Positions 40,681-48,378 of a stretch of DNA of 60,663 nucleotides are shown piece after piece. This DNA is from a bacterium. GTDB taxonomy: Bacteria; Patescibacteriota; Patescibacteriia; Patescibacteriales; VMTK01. The stretch is taken from the NCBI GenBank assembly GCA_030693295.1, contig JAUYAT010000008.1, forward strand, positions 1 to 60,663. Direction: 5' to 3'. Made by a program: the position numbers and the translations under genes. Positions within the stretch are counted from its first letter, which is position 1; each line of letters begins with the position of its first letter. The notes below the pieces were generated by a model. The model had not been told where the DNA came from. It ran no database searches and saw only the letters and a list, made by a program, of their open reading frames with translations.

Positions 40681-41841
40681 ATGATTATTTTAGGCATAGA
40701 AACAAGCTGTGATGAAACCGCGGCGGCAATAGCGCGCGGGCAAGGAGATAAAATTGAAATTTTATCCAATGTTGTTTCATCGCAAATTGAAATACATAAA
40801 AAATACGGCGGCGTGGTGCCGGAGGTGGCGGCGCGCGAGCACGTATTAAACATCCTGCCTGTTGTTAACGAGGCGTTGGAAAAAGCGGGAATAAAAAGAG
40901 GAAATGCCGGAAAAAAAATTAACGCCATCGCGGTTACCGTCGGGCCGGGGCTTATTACTTCTTTAATTGTCGGTGTTGAAACCGCTAAAGTTTTGTCGTA
41001 TGTTTGGAATGTTCCGGTTATTGGCGTTAATCATATAGAAGGACACATCTACGCCAATTGGCTGAGGCCAATTGGCGCAAATTACAAATTACCCCGGCCG
41101 CGCACCGCGCAGCGGGGCAGGCAAATTACAAATTACAAAAAAATTCCAAATTCCAAATTCCAAATTCCAAAAATTAATTTCCCGGCTGTGGTTTTAACTG
41201 TATCCGGCGGGCATACGATGCTGGTGCTAATGGAGGGCCATGGCAAATATAAAATTATCGGCGAAACCAGGGACGACGCGGCCGGCGAAGCGTTTGACAA
41301 AGCGGCGAAACTGCTTAAACTTGGTTATCCTGGGGGGCCTGAAATTGCTAAATACGCGGAAAATTTTTTAAATCAAAAATCAAAAATATCTTTGCCTCGC
41401 CCGATGATTTATTCCAAGGATTATGATTTTTCTTTTTCCGGACTGAAGACTGCTTTATTATATGAAATAAGAAAAGATAAAGATTATAAATCGCGAATTT
41501 CCGAATACTGTTATGAATTTCAGCAAGCTGTGATTGATGTTTTAATTCATAAGACGGTTAAAGCCGCCGAAGAGTACGGGGTTAAAACCATTATGTTAGC
41601 GGGCGGGGTGGCGGCTAACAAAGAACTGCGAAGCCAACTTAAACAAGCCGTAAAAAAATCTGTTCCATGTTCCCCCGGCCGCGCACCGCGCAGCGGGGCA
41701 GGCATGTTTTATGTTCCACGGTTAGAATACACGACTGACAACGCGGCCATGGTGGCGGCCGCCGGTTATTACAAAGCGCTCAAGAATAATTTTACGCCGT
41801 GGCGAAAATTAAAAGTTGACGCGAATTTGGAACTTAAATAA
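40681..41841 (+). CDS. tsaD: tRNA N6-adenosine threonylcarbamoyltransferase TsaD
   Basis: 386 aa: MIILGIETSCDETAAAI, GVNHIEGHIYAN, SGGHTMLV, DNAAMVAAAG. Two family-H insertions. Confidence 0.9.
   Translation: MIILGIETSCDETAAAIARGQGDKIEILSNVVSSQIEIHKKYGGVVPEVAAREHVLNILPVVNEALEKAGIKRGNAGKKINAIAVTVGPGLITSLIVGVETAKVLSYVWNVPVIGVNHIEGHIYANWLRPIGANYKLPRPRTAQRGRQITNYKKIPNSKFQIPKINFPAVVLTVSGGHTMLVLMEGHGKYKIIGETRDDAAGEAFDKAAKLLKLGYPGGPEIAKYAENFLNQKSKISLPRPMIYSKDYDFSFSGLKTALLYEIRKDKDYKSRISEYCYEFQQAVIDVLIHKTVKAAEEYGVKTIMLAGGVAANKELRSQLKQAVKKSVPCSPGRAPRSGAGMFYVPRLEYTTDNAAMVAAAGYYKALKNNFTPWRKLKVDANLELK
41078..41175. repeat. Family H hairpin with heptamer flanks inside tsaD (copy 1)
   Basis: (CAAATTA)2-CCCCGGCCGCGCACCGCGCAGCGGGGCAGG-(CAAATTA)2-CAAAAAAATTC-(CAAATTC)3, with the core at 41092-41123. 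Translated as ANYKLPRPRTAQRGRQITNYKKIPNSKFQIPK. Confidence 0.9.
41661..41718. repeat. Family H hairpin inside tsaD (copy 2)
   Basis: TGTTCCATGTTC-CCCCGGCCGCGCACCGCGCAGCGGGGCAGGCA-TGTTTTATGTTCCA, with the core at 41673-41704. Translated as VPCSPGRAPRSGAGMFYVP. Confidence 0.9.
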
Positions 41842-41868
41842 AGCTTTTAGTTTAAGGATAACTTATAT

Positions 41869-42237
41869 CTAAAAAATATCACTTAACCGTTCTAACGCTA
41901 TTCTGTTCATATTATTATCATTGTAATTATCTGCATGGGCAACTATGCATAAAAACCCTATTTTTATTCCCTGCGCGCAAAACCACATTCTTGGAAACTG
42001 GTTTGGCCTCAAGCCCGACTTAGGCATAACAAGTTCAATTTTCCATAAGCCCCAAATATCATTTTGCGTGATTCTATGAAGTTTTGCCGGCGCTATTACT
42101 CTTTGCGGGTTAATAGGGTGAAACTGGACTTCGCATAATCTTTTAAAGGACTTTAATCCTTCTTGTATATTACAAAATCGCCGTTTTAAGCCGGCGATTT
42201 CTTTTTCAAATTTAGTATGATGAATAAAATCAAGCAT
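41869..42237 (-). CDS. Putative toxin partner of the Panacea-domain protein
   Basis: 122 aa, 11 nt downstream of 42249..42734. Family not recognised. Confidence 0.45.
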   Translation of the reverse strand: MLDFIHHTKFEKEIAGLKRRFCNIQEGLKSFKRLCEVQFHPINPQRVIAPAKLHRITQNDIWGLWKIELVMPKSGLRPNQFPRMWFCAQGIKIGFLCIVAHADNYNDNNMNRIALERLSDIF

Positions 42238-42248
42238 AATAGACTTGT

Positions 42249-42734
42249 CTAATTAAAATCTGTTCCGCGATAAAAAGATAATTCATAAGGAATTTCTTTT
42301 TTGTCTTCCGCGCCTATGTATGGAGCCTCGGAATGAGTTAAATTTTCAAGTTCTTTTCCGTTCAAACATCCGTATTTTTTTATAACTCTATCTATCATCT
42401 TTTTTTCCTCGGGAGAAAATATGGAAACATCCGGCTTTCCTAATATTTTATATACTTCTGTCGGATTATATCCGTCCCACTCATTAATTTTTCCTATAAC
42501 AAGCTGTTTTTTCTCTGCCATTTCAGCTGTTATCTTTTCTAATGAAACCGGAAAAGGCCCCATTGGCAGTTTTTTATATGTTTCTCCGGTAAAATATTTT
42601 TGGTATTTTTCATAATAATCAAAATCAAGGTAATACAAAAGCTTTGCTAGCTTTTTCTTGCCGCGAATTTCTTTGCCTAATTTCCAGCAAAAATAAAGTA
42701 TCGCTTGCTGGTATTTTTTTCTATGTAAAGCCAT
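42249..42734 (-). CDS. Panacea/DUF4065 (SocA/GepA-like) antitoxin-domain protein
   Basis: 161 aa: KKKLAKLLYYLDFDYYEKYQKYFTGETYKKLPMGPFPVSLEKI. Confidence 0.6.
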   Translation of the reverse strand: MALHRKKYQQAILYFCWKLGKEIRGKKKLAKLLYYLDFDYYEKYQKYFTGETYKKLPMGPFPVSLEKITAEMAEKKQLVIGKINEWDGYNPTEVYKILGKPDVSIFSPEEKKMIDRVIKKYGCLNGKELENLTHSEAPYIGAEDKKEIPYELSFYRGTDFN

Positions 42735-42778
42735 ATTCTTATTGTTAGTATAGCAAAAAGGGGTAAAAATAACAATTA

Positions 42779-42934
42779 TTATTTTATCTCTGCCACATCA
42801 ATCTTTCTTATATCGCTATTCGTAATTCCAAGCCCCAATTCCCGCATTACCCTAAACGCGTCCGCGGGTCGTCCGAGATAATGCGCTTTTTTGTCTTTGA
42901 GGTAGATATTTTTATTTTTTCTTAATTTTAACAA
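42779..42934 (-). pseudogene. Orphan fragment of the ~50-aa N-terminal surface module
   Basis: The minus strand reads (TTG)LKLRKNKNIYLKDKKAHYLGRPADAFRVMRELGLGITNSDIRKIDVAEIK-stop. Matches the modules in 36906..39539 and 43404..44576. No ATG and no signal peptide. Confidence 0.45.
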
Positions 42935-42948
42935 AAGCCCCAAATATA

Positions 42949-43287
42949 TTATTCAAATATCTGTGGCGTATTCAATGACCATCTTCCTAATTTATCATTT
43001 GTCATCACATCAAAAAAAACTACACTACTTTTGCCAATTTTTTCCCATCTTTCACCAAAAGTTTTAAGAAAATTTATTTTATCTTCTCTTGTTGATACCA
43101 TCCACACTTCACGTTGAATATAAAGATAAAGTAATTCATCTTCCACTCCTGTTATCTCATATTTAATAATAAAACCTGTATCTTTCATCTGATCAATTAA
43201 GGCCTTAAGCTCTACGGTCGCTGCCAGTTGCTCGGCATTCTCTTGCGCTGTTTCTGGCTGTTGTTTTTCTTGCACTGTTAAGGACAT
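42949..43287 (-). CDS. Hypothetical protein, 112 aa
   Basis: Intact ORF. No motif recognised. Confidence 0.4.
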   Translation of the reverse strand: MSLTVQEKQQPETAQENAEQLAATVELKALIDQMKDTGFIIKYEITGVEDELLYLYIQREVWMVSTREDKINFLKTFGERWEKIGKSSVVFFDVMTNDKLGRWSLNTPQIFE

Positions 43288-43403
43288 TTTTTAGTTTTTT
43301 CTTCGGGCATAATTTTATACAATCCTAAACCATAAAATTTTATAATTCAAGATATGGTTAATAATTATAATTTCATCGCGTTTTCTCGCGAATAATAATT
43401 TTA

Positions 43404-44576
43404 TTAAGGCAAACTCTCGCAAGCCACGCCATCGCCATCCATATCTAACTTATGGACATCGCTTCCAACTTTTTTAACACAACAATCATGCGCTGCTTGA
43501 GCTTCCGCGCGAGTTGAATAATCAGAACAATTATAAATATTGCCGCTACAATTACATTCTGTAATGGTTGCTGCTTCGTCTTCATTGTTAGCGCTTTTCT
43601 CGGGATTATAATTATCGCATGCTCCATCTGCCCAAAAGCCTCTTTTATTTTCTCTCGCAAATTGCTCCGCCTGCTTAAATTCATTTTGATATTTACAAGG
43701 AACACTATATGCATATTCATAAGCATAGCCCTCGCTAATCATCAACTTATTAAAATTTGTTCCATCTTCTAAAAACACATATCGTAATAATCTATCATAT
43801 TTATCTCTCTCGCCCTGCGCGCTGTCGTTTTCTAATCCAACTCTTTCGCCATTGAGCAGTTCCTTGGCTTTATTAGACGCTTCTTGCCCAAAGCATTCTA
43901 CTGGTTCGCGGGGATCAACAGTTTCAGGCGTGTTAATGCCAATAAGCCGCAAAACTTCATTCACGCCATTAATCTTAACTGCAATAGTATCTCCATCAAT
44001 AACTTTTACAACACTATATAATTGCTGTTTCGGCTGTTCATCATTAAAAATTTCTTTTTCTATCCCTTTAACAATTACACTATCTGATTGCGGCAAAGTT
44101 GAATCGTTTGAAATCTTAATTTCACTTAAATTATCATCGCCAATCCCCAACCCCAGCTCTCTCATCACCCTAAAAGCGTCAGCCGGCCTGCCTAAAAAAT
44201 GCATTTTCAAATCCGCTGGGTTAACATAATACGCCTTTCCGCTATCCTCAACTTTAAGCAAAATTTTTCCCAACAATCTGTTCGGCGCTTTGTTGTTCCA
44301 CAAATCAAAATCTTTGTTGGAAACTCCCAAGCCCAATTCGCGCATTACATTAAAAGCGTCCGCCGGCCTGCCGAGATAATATCTTTTTTCGTTATCCGGA
44401 TTAACATACCAGGCCTCGCCTTTTGATTCTACTTGCAATAAAATTTTTCCTTTTAACCGGCCTGCTAAACCTTGAGCGTTAGAAAAATTAACCGGCGCTA
44501 ACCCCAAAACAAAAACCAAAATTAATAATAATGTAAGTTGTTTTCTCATGGGATTGTTGCTGTTTAAGTATGTCAT
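43404..44576 (-). CDS. Secreted staphylococcal-nuclease-like thermonuclease with two N-terminal ~50-aa modules and a C-terminal excalibur-like Cys-rich domain
   Basis: VIDGDTIAVKINGVNEVLRLIGINTPE...ERDKYDRLLRYVFLEDGTNFNKLMISEGYAYEY is the SNase fold. CSDYSTRAEAQAAHDCC...DMDGDGVACE is excalibur-like. Start at 44576 or 44549; the ORF-track GTG start at 44624 lies inside a structured leader. Confidence 0.75.
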   Translation of the reverse strand: MTYLNSNNPMRKQLTLLLILVFVLGLAPVNFSNAQGLAGRLKGKILLQVESKGEAWYVNPDNEKRYYLGRPADAFNVMRELGLGVSNKDFDLWNNKAPNRLLGKILLKVEDSGKAYYVNPADLKMHFLGRPADAFRVMRELGLGIGDDNLSEIKISNDSTLPQSDSVIVKGIEKEIFNDEQPKQQLYSVVKVIDGDTIAVKINGVNEVLRLIGINTPETVDPREPVECFGQEASNKAKELLNGERVGLENDSAQGERDKYDRLLRYVFLEDGTNFNKLMISEGYAYEYAYSVPCKYQNEFKQAEQFARENKRGFWADGACDNYNPEKSANNEDEAATITECNCSGNIYNCSDYSTRAEAQAAHDCCVKKVGSDVHKLDMDGDGVACESLP

Positions 44577-44585
44577 AATATCTAC

Positions 44586-44690
44586 AAAAAAGGTCTCCCG
44601 TCGGCGGTAACCCTTTCGGATCACCCGATGCCCTTTCGGGCAAAGACCACTTGCATAGCGCCGATCAGAAGACCGTCTCTATGCAAGTGG
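44586..44690 (-). promoter_or_regulatory. Structured 5' leader (attenuator or riboswitch-like) ending in a U6 tract
   Basis: Minus-strand RNA: a 12-bp hairpin CCACUUGCAUAG-N20-CUAUGCAAGUGG, then GGUCU-[GCCC GAAA GGGC]-[UCGG GUGAUCC GAAA GGGUUAC CG CCGA]-CGGG-AGACC-UUUUUU. The first hairpin's loop contains a second GGUCU. Confidence 0.4.
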
Positions 44691-44724
44691 ATTTTCAACC
44701 ATGCCTTAAACAAGGGTTAGGTTT

Positions 44725-44758
44725 ACCCTGTTAGATAATTCATCATATCTAATAGGGT
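44725..44758. mobile_element. Miniature P2-related hairpin (ACCCTGTTAGATA-N8-TATCTAATAGGGT)
   Basis: 13-nt arms with one mismatch. The terminal motif resembles ACCCCGTTAGA. Confidence 0.4.
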
Positions 44759-44773
44759 TGATTAAATTTTATA

Positions 44774-44959
44774 TTATTTGCAATCGCAACACTGGCAACA
44801 GCTTGCCGCTCCTGCTTTGCCAAACTTCCTATCGTATCTTTTAACTAGATCCAACTGATCTTTATTCGCCTCGCCGGCAACCTCGCTCATTATCTTTTCC
44901 TGCTCCTTGACTGGCAACTTAAAAAAACTATCCAAATCTAATTTTTTATCATTCTTCAT
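44774..44959 (-). CDS. Small protein with a Cys-rich C-terminus
   Basis: 61 aa ending AGAASCCQCCDCK. Starts 3 nt after the zeta-like gene. Confidence 0.45.
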   Translation of the reverse strand: MKNDKKLDLDSFFKLPVKEQEKIMSEVAGEANKDQLDLVKRYDRKFGKAGAASCCQCCDCK

Positions 44960-44962
44960 ATT

Positions 44963-45532
44963 TTATTTTTTAATAATTGATTTAATTTTTATAACATTTT
45001 TTCTTGCGTTAATGAACGCTTCAATAAACGCTTTTTTAGGCACCATCCTGCCTTCTAACTTTTCCCGTTTTTTAGTGAACGCCCAAGCAACTAACGGATC
45101 TTGATAAATATAGCAAATCATTACTTCCCTGTTTTTATCAATTGACCTTTCAACATTGCGGTAAACAATATCAAATTTCGCAAAAGTGCCGTCTAACAAT
45201 AAATTGTATTTATTTTTTAAAGCGTGGCTATAAAGTATATCAACAGCTATGGAAGCCGCGCCCTGAACCACATCTGAATTAGCGCCATTATATTGCGGAA
45301 TGATTTGTCTAATATCATCAGCGTCAATTCTTATCATGTCGCTATTAAATTTTTCAATAAATCTTTTAGAATATTCTGTCTTGCCCGCACCCGGAGAGCC
45401 GGCCATAAACAAGGAAATGGGTTTTTCATTCGGCTTATAAATTTTATCGCTCGCGAATTTTTCAAACAGCAAACGCTTATTCTTTTTTATAAATTCTTTG
45501 GCGCGCTCGCTGTCTGTTAATGGATTATTCAT
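44963..45532 (-). CDS. Zeta-toxin-like P-loop kinase
   Basis: Likely start MNNPLTDSERAKEF at 45532. Walker A FMAGSPGAGKTEYS, then LLLDGTF. Confidence 0.6.
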   Translation of the reverse strand: MNNPLTDSERAKEFIKKNKRLLFEKFASDKIYKPNEKPISLFMAGSPGAGKTEYSKRFIEKFNSDMIRIDADDIRQIIPQYNGANSDVVQGAASIAVDILYSHALKNKYNLLLDGTFAKFDIVYRNVERSIDKNREVMICYIYQDPLVAWAFTKKREKLEGRMVPKKAFIEAFINARKNVIKIKSIIKK

Positions 45533-45536
45533 AAGG

Positions 45537-45809
45537 TTATGATAATAAATGATCAGCAACATCGGTTAGGCGCATTTTACCGTCAGGAGCTGCCATTTTC
45601 AACTGTCCGATTTTTTCGGACACTTCGCTTCCTTCCTGTTTCAACTTTGTTTTAAGGTCATTCCAGTATTTCCTAGGCCTCTCGTTGCCGGTTAAAATTC
45701 TAATAACATCAACAACCGAAAAATACCACTCTTCTTTTTTATCATCCCATTCGCGTCGCACAGATTGATTATTAAAAATTACAATTGATTTATCTTGTTT
45801 TTTAACCAT
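45537..45809 (-). CDS. Bro-N-like DNA-binding domain protein
   Basis: 90 aa: FNNQSVRREWDDKKEEWYFSVVDVIRILTG...QLKMAAPDGKMRLTDVA. Confidence 0.5.
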   Translation of the reverse strand: MVKKQDKSIVIFNNQSVRREWDDKKEEWYFSVVDVIRILTGNERPRKYWNDLKTKLKQEGSEVSEKIGQLKMAAPDGKMRLTDVADHLLS

Positions 45810-46011
45810 GCATTTAAAAAAATTTAGGGGTTAGGTTAATTAAATTATTTTGTTGTTAACTATAAATTAGCAAAAAATACGGAAAAAGTCAACGAATCAA
45901 CTTTCTATATCCTCGGCGCAACTGTTAAGCGCATTTTCCTTTACAAATTAATTTTTGCCCTAAAAAATATTTCAGGTTTACATATTATAAATTTAGCTTT
46001 ATAATAGGAAT

Positions 46012-47004
46012 ATGATTAAAGAAAGCAAAAAAATAGTTTTTTCAGGGGTCCAGCCCAGCGGGGATCTGCATTTAGGCAATTACCTCGGCGCGATTTTGCA
46101 ATGGGCGGAAATGCAGGATAAATACAGCTGCATTTTTTGCGTGGTGGATTATCATGCCATTACGGTTAAGCAGGATCCGGCTGTTTTGCGGGACAGAATA
46201 ATTGAAACCGCCAAGATGTATTTGGCCGCGGGCATCAATCCGGAAAAATCAATTATTTTTCAGCAGTCTGATGTAAGCGCGCACGCCGAGCTGGCATGGA
46301 TTTTAAACTGCTCGGCCAGAATAGCCGATTTGAATAAGATGACGCAATTTAAAGAAAAGGCGGGCAAAAATCAGGAAACCGTCAGTATCGGACTTTATGA
46401 TTACCCTGTTTTAATGGCGGCTGACATACTGCTTTACAATACCGACACGGTGCCGGTTGGCGAAGACCAGATTCAGCATGTTGAGCTTTGCCGCGATTTG
46501 GCGCAAAGATTTAACCGGCAATTCGGCGAAACATTCAAAATTCCCGAATTGGTTATCAAAAAAGAAGCGGCGCGCGTCATGGGCTTGGACGATCCGGCCA
46601 AAAAAATGAGCAAGAGCGCGGCCAGTCCGGCCAATTATATCGCCTTGGCCGATAAGCCGGAAGAAGCGGCTAAAAAAATCATCAAAGCGGTTACCGATTC
46701 GGGCAAAGAAATTATATTTAACAAAGAGCTTAAACCGGCGATTTCCAATCTTTTGACCATTTATTCCCTGTTGTCGGATGAATCCATCAAAGATTTGGAA
46801 AGGCGCTACAAGGGCAAAGGCTATGGCGAATTTAAGGAAGATCTGGCGGAAGTGGTGAAAGAATTTTTAACGGATTTTCAGGAGCGGCTTTACAAAATAA
46901 AAAACAGCGATGTAAAAGACTTTCTGCGCGCCGGCGCGGAAAGAGCAAAGCCGATCGCCGATGAAACATTAAGGAGAGTTAAGGAGAGAGTGGGGGTAAA
47001 GTAA
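46012..47004 (+). CDS. trpS: Tryptophan--tRNA ligase
   Basis: 330 aa: SGVQPSGDLHLGNYLGA and KMSKS. Confidence 0.9.
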   Translation: MIKESKKIVFSGVQPSGDLHLGNYLGAILQWAEMQDKYSCIFCVVDYHAITVKQDPAVLRDRIIETAKMYLAAGINPEKSIIFQQSDVSAHAELAWILNCSARIADLNKMTQFKEKAGKNQETVSIGLYDYPVLMAADILLYNTDTVPVGEDQIQHVELCRDLAQRFNRQFGETFKIPELVIKKEAARVMGLDDPAKKMSKSAASPANYIALADKPEEAAKKIIKAVTDSGKEIIFNKELKPAISNLLTIYSLLSDESIKDLERRYKGKGYGEFKEDLAEVVKEFLTDFQERLYKIKNSDVKDFLRAGAERAKPIADETLRRVKERVGVK

Positions 47005-47102
47005 TAATTAAGATAATTAGGATGATTAGGATAATTAAAATAATTAGGATTATTAAGACAATTAGGATAGTTAGGATAATTTTGAGTTATCCTAAAAATC
47101 CT
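47003..47102. repeat. 9-nt-periodic repeat block (ATTAGGATN), copy 2
   Basis: ATAATTAGG ATGATTAGG ATAATTAAA ATAATTAGG ATTATTAAG ACAATTAGG ATAGTTAGG ATAATTTTG AGTTATCCT AAAAATCCT. Inverted copy of 31822-31905. Confidence 0.85.
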
Positions 47103-47111
47103 ATTTAAGGT

Positions 47112-48344
47112 ATGTCTAATCAATTTAAAGAAGCGCTGGCCCAGCTTAACAAAACATGCGAAATCATGAATGTTGAGCATGATGAAGTGGAAATTTTAAA
47201 ATCGCCGCAAAAGGTAATTGAGGTTTCCATACCGGTAAAAATGGACGGCGGCGATTTAAAAGTTTTCACCGGCTTTCGCGTGCAATACAATAACGCGCGC
47301 GGCCCTTTTAAAGGCGGCCTTCGCTACCATCCTCAAGTAAATTTGGACGAGGTGCAGGCGCTGGCATTCTGGATGACGATTAAATGCGCGGTCGCCGACA
47401 TTCCTTACGGAGGATCAAAGGGCGGAATTACCGTTGACATAAAGCAGTTAAGCAAAGGCGAATTGGAAAGATTGACAAGAGGTTATGTCCGGGCGATTGC
47501 CGAATTCGTAGGCCCTTATAAGGACATACCGGCGCCGGATGTTTGCACCAACCCGCAGATTATGGCCTGGTTTATGGATGAATACAGCAGAATAAAAGGC
47601 CAAAACGAACCGGCGGTTGTTACGGGCAAGCCGGTGGAAATCGGCGGCTCTTTGGGCCGCGACACGGCCACGGCGCAAGGCGGTTTTTATGTTTTGGAAA
47701 ATATCCTGAAAAAATTAAAATTAAAGAATGATATCACAATCGCTATCCAGGGATTTGGCAATGCCGGAATGAATTTCGCTAAAATCGCTTCTGAGCATAA
47801 CTACAAAGTCGCGGCGGTGTCCGATTCCAAAGGCGGAATTTTTAATCCTAAAGGGCTTGATATGGCAAAAGTCATAGAGCATAAAAATAAAACCGGCTCT
47901 GTAACGGATTTTGCCGGAACGCAAAATGTTTCCAATGAAGAATTGTTGGAATTGCCGGTAAAAATTTTGGTACCGGCCGCTCTGGAAGCCGTCATCACCA
48001 AAGACAACGCGGACAAGATTAAAGCGAGCATTGTTTTGGAATTGGCAAACGGGCCGACAACAATTGAAGCGGGTGAAAAGTTATATGAGAAAGCCGTTTT
48101 GGTCGTGCCTGATGTGCTTGCCAATTCGGGCGGAGTTATCGTGTCTTACTTTGAATGGGTGCAGAATTTAAGGCATTATTACTGGGAGCTTCCCAAAGTC
48201 CGGGCCAATTTGGATAAACAGATAAACAGGGCAACGGATTTGGTCTGGCAATATATGAAAGATTACAATGTGGATATGCGCGCGGCCGCTTATATTATCG
48301 CGATTGAGAAGATAGTTAAAGCGCTAAAAATAAGAGGAGTGTAA
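47112..48344 (+). CDS. Glutamate dehydrogenase (Glu/Leu/Phe/Val dehydrogenase family)
   Basis: 410 aa: ARGPFKGGLRYHP, GGSKGG, and the Rossmann motif IQGFGNAG. Confidence 0.85.
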   Translation: MSNQFKEALAQLNKTCEIMNVEHDEVEILKSPQKVIEVSIPVKMDGGDLKVFTGFRVQYNNARGPFKGGLRYHPQVNLDEVQALAFWMTIKCAVADIPYGGSKGGITVDIKQLSKGELERLTRGYVRAIAEFVGPYKDIPAPDVCTNPQIMAWFMDEYSRIKGQNEPAVVTGKPVEIGGSLGRDTATAQGGFYVLENILKKLKLKNDITIAIQGFGNAGMNFAKIASEHNYKVAAVSDSKGGIFNPKGLDMAKVIEHKNKTGSVTDFAGTQNVSNEELLELPVKILVPAALEAVITKDNADKIKASIVLELANGPTTIEAGEKLYEKAVLVVPDVLANSGGVIVSYFEWVQNLRHYYWELPKVRANLDKQINRATDLVWQYMKDYNVDMRAAAYIIAIEKIVKALKIRGV

Positions 48345-48347
48345 AAA

Positions 48348-48368
48348 AATTTCTAATTTCTAATTTCT
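48348..48368. repeat. Heptamer array (AATTTCT x3), intergenic
   Basis: Read directly between two convergent genes. Confidence 0.8.
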
Positions 48369-48378
48369 AAAAACGAAT

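Noticed and set aside
46890-47180. 96-aa minus-strand ORF between trpS and the glutamate dehydrogenase gene
   Set aside because: It consists almost entirely of the translated 9-nt repeat block.
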